From Lama glama (taxonomy: Eukaryota): a stretch of 64,000 nt of DNA. The position numbers were made by a program, and so were the translations under genes. The stretch is taken from contig CM052816.1 of the NCBI GenBank assembly GCA_028534125.1, positions 90,522,001 to 90,586,000 on the forward strand, in the 5' to 3' direction. Positions within the stretch are counted from its first letter, which is position 1. Every line of letters starts with the position of its first letter. The notes below the pieces were generated by a model. It was given only the letters and a program-made list of their open reading frames with translations. It had not been told where the DNA came from and did not search any database. This document shows, one piece after another, positions 1 through 14,385 of the stretch.

Positions 1-48
1 TTAAAAGTGATTTATGTTTATGAACTTGTCTTACCCCTTTTTGCTATC

Positions 49-614
49 ATATTAGTTATCTATTGATGCATAACAAGTTACTCCCAAAATGTACCAACTT
101 AAAACAACACACATTTCTTATCTCATAGCTTCTATGGGCTGGGATCTGGGCACGGTTTTACTGCACCCATTCATTTCAGGATTCCTCATGGGCTGCAGTC
201 AAGGTGTACACTGGGCTGTGGCTCAGATGGAAAAAAAAATCTGCTTCCAAGCTCACGTGATGGCTTCCAGGATTTGGTTCCCCGAAGTTGGTTGAACTTA
301 GGATCCCAGTTCCTCACAGCTACTGGTCACAGGCCACCCTGAGTTCCTTGTTACATTGGCCTCTCCATCACGGCAGCTTGCTTCATCAATGTGTTCAAGC
401 CAAGAAGGCAACGAAGACAGCCAACTAGCAACATGGAAGTCACAATGCTTTGTAACCTATTTCTCAAGGAGGCATCCCCTGGCCTTTGCCATAGTCTGTT
501 GGTTGTAAGCAAGTAGCCAGGTTTGGCCAAACCTCAAGGGGTAAGGGTAACACAAGGCCATGGAATCAGGAAATGGTGATCATTGTGGGCCCTCTGAGAA
601 GCCAGCGGACCACA
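49..614 (-). mobile_element. MaLR solo LTR (MLT1 family)
   Basis: Starts with tattagttatctattgatgcataacaagttactcccaaaa...cttaaaacaac, the reverse complement of an MLT1 3' end, and ends ...accaca. Confidence 0.8.
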
Positions 615-3600
615 GGTACCTCTTAGAGGCACACAGTCACAACTGAACAGCAATAAAGCTGAATGACACAAATAGCAGTGAACAGCCAATTGATGCAACA
701 AAATGTGCAGAGTTACAGAAACAACAGAGGCAGAGCCACAAGCCCTCTTCTTGAGCCAGCTGCCCTATTGATTCATCACGTTCATCAGAACTAGACCACT
801 TCGGTGTTCAATATTTTCTGTTATATGTAATCTTCAATATTTCTTCAAAATTATATTATATATCTTTTACCAAAATCTGAGTAAGGTTGAGTTTGCCAGA
901 ACTGAATCTTAATAATTTGAGGAGTCTCACCATCCACGTTAGATGGATCCCATGATCAAGAGAACACCTTCTGGAAACTTGCTCCAAGTCACAAAAAGTA
1001 AATCAAATTAGGCTGCATGTTCTGGGCCAAGTGACTTTACCACTGAACCTCAGTTTTCCTTCAGAAATGTAAATGCTTTTCCAGATAATCTCTCAGGCTC
1101 CTTCTAACTCCAAGATGGCCCCAAGGTTTTACAGCCATTAGTCCAAATATTGTTGTGTGTTAAGGAATCTTTCCCAAAATCCAAGAGCCAACCACCAAAG
1201 AAGTTGCAGCACTGGGAGTGAGAATAGAGGGCCATTTGAAATTCAGAGTTTCCAAAAGCTTCATCTGCAAAGCAGAGCTCAATCTCATTCCTCATTTTGC
1301 CACCCAGGAAGCTAATGAAAATTATCAAACCCTTTCAGCGGTTGCATGAGCATCTGGCAACAACAGGGCCACATCAAAACCTGAAAAAGACTGAAGTTGG
1401 GGAGGGAGAAGGGGAACGGGCTCGAAGATATTTCCAAGTGGAAATGCACTGAGCCAGTGGGGCATCCTCGATCTCTCCCAAGAGGACCTGCTGACTTGGC
1501 GTTAGCCATAGTGGGTGCACAATGGGTCCTGGCTGACCGAACAAATAAGAAAATGAATTTTCTGTATGCTGGACATGAGATCTGTCGTCTGTCAGGTGCA
1601 TATTCACAAGAAACCAAATACGTTAAGAGGAGCAAATAGTCATCAACAGTCCGTTGACTCACTGAACTCAGAAATGCCATGCAAACCTACAAGAGAAAGA
1701 AAACTGTCTTCGGTAAGTGGCCTGGTGAGGTTGGACTCAGAACACAAGGAGTAAGATTAATAGGAAGTTTAATGCTGTTGAGCTATGGCCTCTGGAACAG
1801 GGAAAGGGGCATCAGTTGGGTCCTTGGCACTTGAGGTTTCTTGATGAAAACTTGCTTTCTCTGGATGGTGTTTAGATGGTTAACACCCTGTCTGCCTTGT
1901 GACTCCCCTTTTATCCAAGCTTCCAAGTGGGCTGAACCTCCCTGCAGAAAGACGGTGTAACACAGCTAATAAAGGATGCTTTCACTGGGTTAGAGGGTCC
2001 AAAGAGCCATTCTGTCTCTTTTAAGAATCCTTTGTATAATATTATTTTAATCCCACATCAGCTGATTTCAAAGGGAAATTCTCACTGGAAAATCTGCTTT
2101 CCCAAATTCCAGATAATCAGGAAATGACAGTCCCCAAGGACAAACAGTAGTACTGAGCACCTACAGTGAGCTGAACCTTTGGGCAAGTCTGCATTTTTTT
2201 TTTTTTATGAAGAACCAGAAAACAGCAATCATAGCATAGAGACCCTGTAACATGTCTTTCCTACCAGTTCATAGAACATCTCATTGATAAATGGCTCCAT
2301 TTGGCAATGAAAAGAGGTCAAGAAGATGATCTCAGGCATGTAAGGAGTGTATAGTCAAAATCTCACGATTTGTGTGACCACATGACAAAGCGATCCCTTG
2401 TTTGAGCCTTCTCTATAATGAGAAAAAAAAAAAAAGGGTAGAAATTTTTCTGCCCAATTTAATTACATCTGTATGATTACTTTTCTTATACGCACATGAG
2501 CAATAAAAGCTAATGGAAAGTGGCTATTGTAATAAAATTTCCATAGTGTGTCTTTATTTCCTACAAAGTTATATAAAAATGGGTCTAGTCCTTTTGCTGG
2601 GACCATTTGCAAGCCTGCGGGCAATTACACAGAGTGTATTTGAGTCACCACACAAATCTCCTAATGGCAGCCTGGCCCTGAGCCAAGCTTTAAGTCAAGC
2701 CTCAGGGAATTCAAATTTAAAAGTCAGCTGCATTAGAGGCAGTGATTCAGTTTGGAGAAGAGATCTCCTTTCGTGATTTATTACAGCCAGTGCTTTCAGT
2801 ACATTTAAAAGATGATCTGGTTTGGTTGCATCTTCAAGGGAGCAGCATGGCATAAAATGAAAAACATCTGAATCAGGAGTTACCAGAAAGGAGAGACTTG
2901 ATTAGAGCTTGAATTATGTGGACAGCACATCATTTTTCTTAGAAATAGATCTTCAAACGGCCCAGAATCTGCAAAACTGAGCTTCATTTTCAATCTCCAC
3001 TATCTAACTTGTGACTGATGGGTCTGTTTTTGCCAAGTATTTTTAAATGACTAAAAAAAAATTAGTTCCCTAAGTGAAAAGTAATCATTTAGTATCAAAA
3101 ATAAACAGATGACTTAAAATATTAATCTTACCAGTGCTTATAATCTATGAGAAAGTTGTATTTACTCTCAAAGAGAACTCCAAATCTTTCTCCTGTCTGT
3201 AACCCAGGAGAATTTTCACTAAGACTTATGACCTGAGGGATTCGCCCTGGTTTTCCTCAATTTATGTCTTCTATCTCAGCCTTTGATGTCTTCTATCTCA
3301 GCTGGAGACAGATGAGTGAATCAGTAAATCTTTTCAAAATATTTATGGTCTTTAACACTCAATTAAGATTCAGAGAAAAAAATCGGAGCTACCGTTCTAT
3401 TAAGAGCAAAGTAGTTTAGAAAAAATATCATTTCTGTAAAACTAAATCTATCTATATGTGTGTTTTCCTTACTAATATATTTGGTAGGGAAAAAAAAAAC
3501 ACTACCATGAACTTCAAGTCCATTTCCCACTCGTGTCTTCATTTTTATATTTTATTGCATTCTGCAGCAGTTTTGCAACCAGCTGTATCAAGAGTTTCTA

Positions 3601-3994
3601 AGAGGAATGTAAACAAGGACTTTGCAGTGACTTGGGCTAGAACGCATGAATTTAACTGGGAGCAAAAATCTCCACTGAGCTATCCCAAGATGAATGGTCA
3701 AGCTACATTCCAAATCTCTGCCAAGTTCTTCCTGGCAAGCACATCAGGAAATGAAATCTACCCACCAGAAAGGAACCAGGAAGAGATTTCATCTACCTTT
3801 AGGAAAACATCAGTTCCATCGCATAATAAACTAAATAGTATTGTTATCATCTTGTATATATATGTAATGAGAACATTTTGAGATACTAACTAAGTTTATT
3901 TTTTCTGGGCTCTGTGGCCTTGTCGCCCTCCCCCCAACTCAGGCTGTGACACTGCTTCAGAAAAGGAGTAAGTCGGAAGGACACAGGGATCAAC

Positions 3995-4210
3995 TTCACT
4001 CATTTATTCATACATTATTTTGTCCAACAAATTTTTATTGAGCACCGTCTATATGCAAGACCCTGTCCTCAGTGCTGAAAATAATCTTTATCTTCATAGA
4101 CTTTTATATTTTGGTAGGGAGAAGTCAATGAACAAACCTTTTTTTTTTTTTAAAGATCAACTGATGAAAATATGATGGAGAGCAATAAAACCAGTTAATG
4201 GGATAGAGAA
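3995..4210 (-). mobile_element. L2 3'-end fragment
   Basis: cactcatttattcat...caacaaatttttattgagcacc...tatgcaagaccctgt is the typical L2 tail in reverse. Confidence 0.7.
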
Positions 4211-6729
4211 GGACAGAAGGACAGAAGGTAGGCTCAGGCTTTGAGTTTCAGAGGCCTCGGTCCAGGCCTAAAACACTTAGGAGCAGTACTCAGCCCGAGG
4301 TTATTTTTCTGACCCCAAGATGAGATGCTGTCTTCTCAGGCAAGAAGAAGAAGGAAAAAGAAAGATTTAGAGTTAATAAGGAGAACTCGAAGCTAGGGCA
4401 TGCCTGAGACCCTCATGTCCTTCCTGTCCCCCAGAGGACACCGTTCCTGGAAGTCAATAGATCCTGGGAAAACTAGGACCTCAGATGTGACTGACTGGTG
4501 TGTCAGCAAGTGAGGGAAGAGCAGGACAGGACGGTGACACATAGAGGAGGTAGGGCCGGTAGATTGCTGGAGGCAAGGGGGGACTGTTCGGCAGGCCATG
4601 CTGGGCAGGATTTGGATTCAGAGCCACAGAGCTCAAAAGAAGGGCAATCTGAATAAACCAAAGCAGGCAGGAATGAGTGTTCCCAGCAGAGGCTGATGCG
4701 GATTGATGGTGGGGACAGCCAGACCCCCCCCCGATCCCCACCGGGCAGAGACATGTCCTAAAGCCCCTTGGAAATGAGGCTGGACCCCATACAACTGTGG
4801 GATGCAGGCAGGAGGGTTGCTAAATTGACTTAAAGGTTTTGCTGACTGGTGGAGTGAAGGCTCACAATGGGAATTAAATTCCATTATAGAAAAATAAATT
4901 AGGTTACATTTCTTGCAGTCAGGGATCTGTGGCTTTTGATTTGCACCCATGGGGTCTTATGTTAAAAAAAATAAAATAAAGATGGTCAAATCTGCTCTCA
5001 AGTCCAAGTCCAGAGAACACAAAAGATGTGAGAAAGGGGGAAGACCTGGAGAGCTGGTCAGGGAGACTCTGCCACAGAGCATCTCTTTGTTTCCCGTAAC
5101 AAAACCTTTTCCAAGGTCGCAGGGCCTGTATTTTGCAGCTGCAAACCAATCAAATAGCCCTTTTCTAAATTAAATCAAATTCAATCTGCTCACCTGAAAT
5201 GCCCAGGGTTCAGGGTAACAAGATTCATCACGCTTCTCTAAGAATAGATTATTATGATCAGAAAACATATGCTCTACATTCTACAGTTCTTAAGCTCATG
5301 ACATGCCTGTCACCACAGCAAGCGTTGCATAGGGTCAGGCAGACGAGGTGGACCATAAACAAATAAAATGGATGTTACATTATGTAACAATTCATCTAAA
5401 ATGTATATTGGACGCTTGTGCTCTCAATCAAAACTCAATACCAGGTACAATTTTTTTTATTAAAAAGAAAAAGCTAAGATAAAGATTTTTTTAATCTGAG
5501 ACCAAGAAAAAGCTTTCTGTTCCTGAGCCCCAGAGTGATAGGGAGGCTGTGCTGTTAACTGCTTCATTTTCAGTCCTAACATTCTGTGCTGAATCCCTGG
5601 CATAGAGAATGGTTCAGAAGAAAGGGGTAACATGGGGAAAAGCAGGAGGGCAGGAGTGTTACGAGGATCACGCTTAAGAGACTAACAGGCAGGAGCAAAT
5701 GTCTTGGGCACAAACCATCAGCTGATCGCACCAGCCTCCTGCTCTCTCTGAGACACAGGTGTAAGCCTCTGCCTGGGAGCCTACAGCCCCATTGTGCTGC
5801 AAATGCACACAAGTTCCCATTCAGTAACCCCCAAGGTCCCTCCTGTTCTGCATTATAACAGATCATTGCAGAGCCCTGAGGGCCCTGGGATTCGCAAAGC
5901 CACACAGAAGGCTGTGGGTTGACTCTAAGCGAAGAATGTACACCAGACACATGACTCCATAGGTTTTCTCTTTCCTGTTGGAATAGAAAGAAGGAGGTGA
6001 AAAGAGTGAAGTCCTCCAAATCCAGAGACAATCAACTGCTTATGAGAATGCTTACAGATCAACAGCTGGGGAGAAAGAATTGCAAATCTGCGGGACTCTT
6101 TCCTACAAGCAAAATGTCATTAAAAATTAGTTGTAAAAGAGTAAGTCCAATATTTGATTCACATAAAAATCACCGTGGTAAGGAGGCAAGCCAATGCTCT
6201 GTGGCACCATTTCACAATTTTGGGGGGAAAGCAACTCCATCCAAACCTTAGTACGTTGCCTGCCCACTACCCAACTTCTGCCATCCTCACCCTCAGAAAA
6301 ACTGCTTCTACATTCAGCAGGAAAACTGAGGCAATGTGCCTTTATTAGCTAAACAATATTCAGATCGTCCATCACCACCGTCATCACTATAAAGTTAGCT
6401 ATAGCCATGTTTATTTCACTTCCTTCACAGTAGAGGCAGGGAAAAAAAGGTACATCTCTTCTTGTTCAATGCATTCCATCCCTTCACACCTAGCTCCTCC
6501 AGAGCCTTGGTCCATCAGAGTTCCTTCTCTCATCTTTATCTTCCATCTCTTCGTCTTTACTAGCTCTTTTCCATCAGCATCTAAGAATTCAAGTTCCCCC
6601 ATTCTCTGGAACTTAAGAATTCATGGGAAAATTTTTAGACCCACCAATAAACTAAAACCAGAGCAATAATTGGAAAGAAAAGTAAGCCTATTATATAATG
6701 CCTCCAGCAGCAAGTATGAAAGTTGTTAG

Positions 6730-7720
6730 CAAGTGGTTAGACCTTCAAACTTTTGATGACAGACCACATTTTAGGGTGACATCTAAATTTTTTTTATTGT
6801 TAGTTTAAATGGTTTCAAAGGATAGAATTTCTAGAATCCTAGTTCAATTGTGATATTTTAAAAAACTGTTCATTTAAATATCAGAGTAATTTACCATCAT
6901 TCATTTTCAAAATATGTGAATAAGCTATTTTGTAAAAGTCACAAATTGTACATTATTCCCTTTCTCCTTGAAATCTTATTTTTCTTTCACTTTTCCACAC
7001 AACTTACTATAAGATGATCTATTTTTCCATCTGAATGCCTTTTATCGATCACTCAATCATAAATGATCAAATATATGCAGATACTTTTAAATGTATACAG
7101 TGTTTAAGTCATTGTGCTCATATAGTTCTAAGTCACAATTTGATGTTATTATTAGTCCATAATTAATTAAACAACATAAAATTTTTTATAACTAATAAGA
7201 ATAAAAAGTAAAATCGGGGGAAATAGCTTCTCTTAATAAAATGGATAGGCAAGGTTTTGGTGTCTGGATTAAAAGAAACTTATCTGACACCAACATAGTG
7301 CTTTGTGTTGCCTTACTGAAAATTTTTCATGGTGAAAAAGGCCACATATAAGAATTATTATATGATAGGGACATGCAGTTCTCTTTTTTTTTTCCAGCTT
7401 TATTGAGATACAATGGACACATAACAATGTCTAAGTTTAATGTGTACAATGTGTTGATTTGATACATTTGTCTGTTGCAAAACAATCACCACCATCCATG
7501 CTCTTCTTTATAAAGCAGCAAAAACGAGATGTGAGAAGAGAGGTGGACAGGAGAAGGGCTGAGCACCTTCCATAACGTGTGCTGAGGCAGATCATTTCCC
7601 TAGAAAAAGAATATTTGGAAGTAAAGGGTCTAGACTCTAAATCCATTAAAAGCTCTCAAGGATTCCATCCAACACTTGGAAAGTCTGCTCTTACTGCGCA
7701 AGGTAGGCACACCCCAGTTT
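6730..7720. mobile_element. Old hAT-Charlie-like DNA transposon remnant, interrupted by an L1 3' fragment (about 7384-7500, minus strand)
   Basis: The ends resemble Charlie termini (agtggtt...cttcaaac and gtttgaatatcac) around an AT-rich body. The internal poly-T plus agctttattgagatacaat is an L1 tail. Confidence 0.45.
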
Positions 7721-7849
7721 GAATATCACAAGGTGAGATTATGGCTTCTACATTGCACAACTGACCCCCCTTCTCCTATTTTCCTGATATTTCCTTTGCT
7801 AGGCTCTGTGGAAAGGGGAAATAATTTACAGTAAAAACACTGATGTTTT

Positions 7850-8414
7850 GTAAATAAGTTCATTTGTGTTTTTTTTTTTTAGATTCCACATATCAGTGAG
7901 ATCATATGATATTTTCCTTTCCTCTGTCTAACTTATTTCACTTAGTATGACAATCTCTAGGTCCATCCTTGTTGCTGCAAATGACATTATTTCATTCTTT
8001 TTATGGCTGAGTAGTATTCCATTGTACATATATGCCACAATTTCTTTATCCAATCATCTGTTGATGGACTTTTAGGTTGTTTCATGTCTTGGCTATTATA
8101 AATAGTGCTGCTATAAACAGAAACAGACTCACAGGCATAGAAAACAAACTTATGGTTACCAAAGGATAAAGTAGAGGAAAGAGATAAATTAGGAGTTTGG
8201 GATTAGCAGATACAAACTACTATACACAGAATAGATAAACAAGGTCCTACTGTATAGCACAAGGAACTATATTCAATAGCTTGTAATAACCCAGGATGAA
8301 AAAGAATATATACATATATATGCATGTATAACTGGATCACTATGCTGTATACTGGAAACTAACACAACTTTATAAATCAACTATACTTCAATAAAAAATA
8401 AAAATAAAATGAAG
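7850..8414. mobile_element. L1 insertion with 5' inversion (7850-8118 minus, 8115-8414 plus)
   Basis: Two adjacent pieces of L1 3' sequence lie in opposite orientation, with an AATAAA/A-tail at about 8390-8410 and an imperfect TSD aaaaacactgatgtttt / aaaactcactaatgtttt. Confidence 0.88.
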
Positions 8415-9149
8415 AAAACTCACTAATGTTTTCCCCATTAGTGGAAGTAGAGCAAATTATGCTGGTTGGGCTGTATGATGTTTGGTATGATGTTTTCCAA
8501 GTATTCATCCCACAACCTGAGACCTTAAGAGAAGTGATATTTAAAAGGTCACATCTTTAGTTCATTCATGGCACGCCCCACCTCTGCCGTTGCTGGGTGC
8601 ACACCTGCATGTAACTATTACAGTTCTGATGTCAGAGGTGTCTGCTACATACAGAGGACCATCCTTTGGGGCAGGAAGAGCAGGCCAAGAGAGCATCATT
8701 TGAGGTCACTGTCACTTCGTTTGTAATTACAAGGGGAAAATGCAGAGATATGACTGCTCACTGACAATACAGGCTATGAAAACATATAGAGGCAAGAATT
8801 TTAAAGATTACAGAGAAATAGCTCAAATAGTCTTCTTCCTCTCCTGGGATCTAGGGGCCAAGAAGATATGATGGGCCGATGCTTCAATATAGAAAATCTA
8901 TGTGAAGGATTATAATCTGAGGCAAGTTGTCTCAGACAAAACCTGCAGATAAATCATGCTGTCTTGTGTTTTACGTGGAGATATTATGAGGAATTGGAAA
9001 TTAGTACTTTGAGTTCTTTTCCAACTTCTGTTTGGGAACCATTTGGGAATCTTCTTAAAATTCAGATTACTGGGCACAACCTAAGACCAACTGAAACATA
9101 ATTAGAGGCGGGGAAGAATAGGAATCAGCACTTTTAAAAAGAAATTTGG

Positions 9150-9640
9150 CATTTCTCAGCCATAAAAAAGAATGAAATAATGCCATTTGCAGCAACGTGG
9201 ATGGAGCTGGAGATGATCATACTAAGTGAAGTAAGTCAGACAGAGAAAGACAAACATAACACGATATGACTTACATGTGGAATCATTTTTAAAAAATGAC
9301 ACAAACGAACTTATTTACAGAATAGAAATAGACTCACAGATGTAGAAAACAAATTTATAAAGTTACCAAAGAGGAAAGGGGGGAAAAACTTAGGAGACTG
9401 GGATTAACATATACACACTTCTATATATAAAATAGATAAAGAAGGACCTACTTATATATGTTTCTGTAGAGCAGAGGGAACCATATTCATTATCTTGTAA
9501 TAACCTATAATGGAAAAGAATCTGAAAAAGTGTATCTCTCTATATATGTATATGTATAACAGTCACTTTGCTGTACACCTGAAACTAACACAACATTGTG
9601 AATCAGCTCTACTTCAATTTAAAATAAACTATTTTAAAAA
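9150..9640 (+). mobile_element. 5'-truncated L1 3' end, next to a MER5-like fragment (about 9045-9140)
   Basis: ctcagccataaaaaagaatgaaataatgccatttgcagcaacgtggatgga...acacctgaaactaacacaacattgt followed by an A-rich tail. Confidence 0.88.
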
Positions 9641-11301
9641 AGAAGCAATTCAAGCTTTTAGGATCAATAACTTAGAAAGTCAGGCTTACAAAAGACAATA
9701 TAAACCTGCAAGATTTCTAGCTCTGGAGTCCTGAAAATTTTTCTTGTACCGCTGGACTTACTTTTATATTCATGCATGTTCATTGTGTTACTAATATTTT
9801 AACATCAAAAAAGTAGAAAAATGTAAAAGGTGAGATTTTTTTTTTAAGTGTAAATCCTGATATTTGCTTCCCACACCCAAAGAAATCCTCCGGCTTCCCC
9901 ACACTCAGCCTTATGCACACATCCCATTTGGGGACCATGTGCCTCTAGGCAAGGACAGAGAACAGCATAAAGGGATAAAGTCTACAAGAGGAGTCTATGT
10001 TATGAAGAAAGGGTGGCCAATGGAGGGAGACACTTTTAAATGGAGGTCATTGTTTATCCTTCCTCTTAGCTTGCTTCTCTGGGCTGCAGTTTAGTTTGAG
10101 CATTCTTACAGCTTTCTCAGGATTATGAAAAAAATATTATTAAAAATTCACTCAAATAATGGAAGAGCTATTCCTTTAGGAACTGATGTGAAAGCAGACT
10201 TCTGTGGATTACTTGAAAGAAAAACATTGGATTGAGATCCTGATCCTCATAGGCCAGGCTAACACTTTTGAGATATTAAATGATTTTTTCCCCTCCAGTG
10301 TGTTTCCCTTTTCTTTCCCAAACTCTTGGCACCTTGCTCCATCCCACGCCGTTCTAACGAAGCTCTGTTTGCATGAGTTGAGAAGCTCAGAGCTTTTCGT
10401 TTCCTAAAGACTGATTTCCAAACCAAAGCAAAGTTCCTTCAGAATTGATGTGAAGAGTAGTGCAAAATGATAGAAGGAAATCCCTGGCAGAAATATGCCT
10501 GAGGTAGAAAGGATTTCTCCCCGAAGACTATAGAACAATCTCTCTAGGTTAGGGAAGTGAGGGGACATCGAAGGAAAAAGATTTGGGGATCCCGATTGAA
10601 AGGGCCAGCCATGGAGTGGCCATGTGCACAAGAGGAAGGGATGCAAAGAGCTTTCCTTGACCCCCAGCAGTTTGAGGGCAACTGAGTGATCCACCTTCTA
10701 CAGACTCTACTGCCACCACTCCTTAAGCAACACCAGTGCCCAAGGACAGGGCTGCTGTCCCTCCCTTCCTCATCCTGTGATGACCTCCCTCACTAGCAGC
10801 CAGTTCATCTCTGATGGCCACCCAGCAGGAGGGATATGGCATCCTCCTATAAAACTTTGCTCACACTGTGTTTGTTAAGCTCAAAAAAAAAAAAAAGACC
10901 ATTCCTGAGATCAGTATATCAATAAGGAAGCTTCTGAACAGAAGCTGCTCCAAGACCCCTGTAACTGACACAGAGGTTGCAACACTGCAGGCTTTTGCAC
11001 ACACATCTGCCTACATGCGGTCCTCACTGCTCTTCTACCATGGGCGTGCAATGGCCAATCAATTCAAAATTTTTAAATATATCAACAAATACTTCTAACT
11101 TTTCCCCTTCCTCCTGGTATGTCCTCACCATCACCTAAAAAAAAAAAGTGCTGGGGCAAGAAAAACTCTTGTACAGTGATCTCAACAAGCTTTGGAAACC
11201 ACAAAATCAAAACTACATCACATATCTCTGTCATCATCCAATAAGCTAAGACACCAAGATGATTCAGTGACACATAAGCAAGAAAGGTAGGAGTTACCCA
11301 T

Positions 11302-11707
11302 TGTGATGGTTAATTTCATAAATCAACTTGGGAGGTAAGTGGGTGAAATTTGGGTAAAGCACATTACACTCCACAGTGTGGGTGGACCTCATCCAATTGC
11401 TTGAAGGTCAAATGGAACAAAAGAGTGGCCTCCCTGAGCAAAAGCAAATTCTTCAGCAAGTTGCCTTCTGACCGGCCCTGCACCATTGGCTTTCCTGGGT
11501 CTTGAGCCTGCCAGCCGACACTGAGAATTCTGGACTTCCCAGCCTCCCTAAGTTCAAGAGCCAATCCCTTATAATAAATCTCTTTGGATAGATAGATAAC
11601 ATAATATCGATATACATATATTATGTGATAACATTATATGATAACAATACAATATATAGATACAGATATAATGTTATTACAGTGGTTCTGTTTCTCTGAA
11701 CCCTCAC
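11302..11707 (+). mobile_element. ERVL solo LTR (MLT2 family)
   Basis: tgtgatggttaattt start, aataaatctctt followed by an AT/GATA tract, and ggttctgtttctctg-aaccc end. Confidence 0.85.
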
Positions 11708-11749
11708 TGCATTCCCCACATTCCAGCTTATAAATTCTACCTCCGATTC

Positions 11750-12525
11750 TGTGCTATAAGAAAAAATATGTATTTGGTCTTTGTCCCCATTCCTAGTACA
11801 GATTTCCTAGTACAGAAAACACTAGGAATTTCCTGAGTGATGTGTCTTTTGTTATTCGTAATGAGCTCCTTCAACCATACCTGGGTTTATGCTAATGAGG
11901 TGACTCTTGGCAGGACCCTAACAGAGCTGCAGGATGAGGGCTGGTCACCAGGGGAACTAAGCGGGTGATCAGAGAGTTGGGACTTCCTCACCACTCCCCA
12001 CCTCTGGTGAAAGAAAGGAGGCTGGAGATCCAGTTCCATTGCCAATGGCCAATGATTTAATCAACCCTGCCTATGCAGTGCGGCTTGGATTAAAACTCTG
12101 AAACAATGAAAGTGAAGAAGCTTCTGGGTTGGTGAAGGCATCCACATGCCAGAAGGATGGTGCATCTTAACTCCAAGGGGACAGAGGCTCCTGCACTTGG
12201 GACGCTTCCAGACCTCGCTCTATGCACGTCTCCATCTGGGCGATCACTGTATCCTTTCTAATAACTGTGATCCTAAGTACAGCTCTTTCCTGCATTCTGC
12301 GAGTCATTCTGGCAAACCCCAGGGGGCATCTTGGAACCCCCAAATTTGTGCCCAGCCATGTAGAAGTGCAGGCGGTCTAGGGATCTCGTGTGAGGCTGGT
12401 GTCTAAACCAGGGTCATTGTATGGGACTAAGCTCCGTGCTAACTGGATAGTTAGTGTCAGAACTGAACTGATTGTCAGACACCCAGCTGGTACTGTTGTT
12501 AGAAAGAAAAAAAAAATGCACAAGT
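11750..12525 (+). mobile_element. Solo LTR, MER21-like
   Basis: tatttggtctttgtcccc...tttatgctaatgaggtgact...gctggtcacca...gttagtgtcagaactgaa...cacccagctgg motifs. Confidence 0.7.
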
Positions 12526-12549
12526 TCATATCCTAGTTCTAACATTACT

Positions 12550-13275
12550 TTGTATCTTCACCACTGCCGCCCTAGTCCAGCCATCTTCTTCTCTCTTCTG
12601 GACTTCCCTCTGTCATAGGCTCCTCACTCACCTTTGTACCTCCTTGGGTGGTCCTACAGTACAGTTAACACTCAGCCAGCAGAGTAGGTTTTTAAAAACA
12701 CAAATCATATGTCATTTCTTGCTTAGAATCATCCGTTGCCTTCCTATCACACTTATAATAAAACCCCATCACGTTATTCTGACTTTCGATGTCCTTTATG
12801 ACAACTGACCATGTCCTGTCTACTTACTGAAACTTATCAGATAGTACACTCTCCCCCTTGCTCAGTAAGTCCTTTCCATGTGGCCTTCTTTCTGGTTTTC
12901 TGTTTATTAAATCCACCAATTTATTTCTTATCTTGGGGCTTTGGTACCTATGTCTTCCGTGGCCTGACATACTCAACCCTCTTCTGAATAGGCCAATCTG
13001 AGCTATTATTCAGAATCCATCTCAGAGATGCCTTCCTGGACAACCCAAACAGGGCTAGAGATTCACCATCTTAACAGGCTATTCTAATTCTCTGCATTCT
13101 TTATCAGCATCTGACACATTTCATGTTTATTTATCTGTTTATTGTCTGACTACACCCACTAGAATGTTAGCTCCATGAGAAATGGGACCTTGTCTGTCTC
13201 ATCCATCACTTTATCCTCAGTGTCCAAAACAGGATCTGACCCAGTTGGCCAATTGATGAACATTTGAAAACCGAG
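12550..13275 (+). mobile_element. L2 3' portion
   Basis: CT-rich body ending cactagaatgttagctccatgaga...gggaccttgtctgtct. Confidence 0.75.
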
Positions 13276-14169
13276 TGGTTGAAGAAAACCTTCACATAGG
13301 AGGCAAAAGACCAGGGGCTTCCCGATGGCTGAATTAATTTGCCAGAGGACAGCAGAGACCATGGTTACTCTTAGCTAATTCTGGGTTGTAGGGTCTGACT
13401 GGCGATAGGGACTCATGTTGGGAAGGAAACTATTTCAAGGATTTGCCCCATGAAAGGGCTGTTTATTAGAGCATCAGCAAATATAAACAACTTCTTATAA
13501 AACCAAACAGGAGGGCCAGCACCAAACAAGGTTCTGGCAAGTTTCCTTGCTCTGTGCAGTGCTTTCACTGCCGTTCCCATGAAAACCATTCATTCTGCAA
13601 GGCAGCCAGCCTCCTGTCTCCTTGGGCGCTAATTGCTCTGCTTGGTTAGGCAATTTAGGAAAACGTACCACTCTCAACATGCCTAAGCAAAGGGGAGAGA
13701 GAGGATCTTGCTTTTGAAAAGTACAATGCGTTCCGACAAAAGAAAGCACAGAAAATCATTCCAAGAGAGGAGAATGCTCCTCTCAATGGGAATGAACGTC
13801 TCATCTGAGACCAGGAAGGGGCTCTCAGGCCTCTGGCATCCGTGTTCTCCAGCAAGCCTAGAATCCCACAGCTCCAGTGGGAAATGGAGAATTTGGGCAT
13901 TTCTTGAATCTGGCATGTGAATGCTAAAGGCTTTTCTCTAAATAGGCAGACTCTGTCTGCCATCCACTGGGTCTGCTTGCTGTCCAAGTACAAAGATACA
14001 AGTTTGTGCATATTGAAATTCAAAAGTGTGGTTCCAATATAAATATGGCCGGCAGCTAATGCCAACAATTAACACTGTATATTTCATCTCTGCCATGAAT
14101 TAATCCATCTCACAAAAGATATTTCAAATTTCCAAAGGGAAATCCGTGTACAGTGTATAGTTAAGTCCC

Positions 14170-14385
14170 TTAAAATGGCTGTAGCCTTTCATCCAGGAAT
14201 TCCACAGTCAGAAATTCATCCTGAAGGAAAACAATAAGGAATGCAGACAAGAATTTATTCTCCAGAATGTTCAAAATCCTGAACATGATGAACAACTGAA
14301 ATGTCCATCAACAGAGAAACAGTAAAGAAAAATGACTGAGTGTGACTATGATGGAATGTTATATAGTCATTAAAAATTGTATTTA
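14170..14385 (+). mobile_element. Old L1M fragment
   Basis: ccaggaattccac...aacaactgaaatgtccatcaacagag...atggaatgttatatagtcattaaaaa. Confidence 0.6.
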
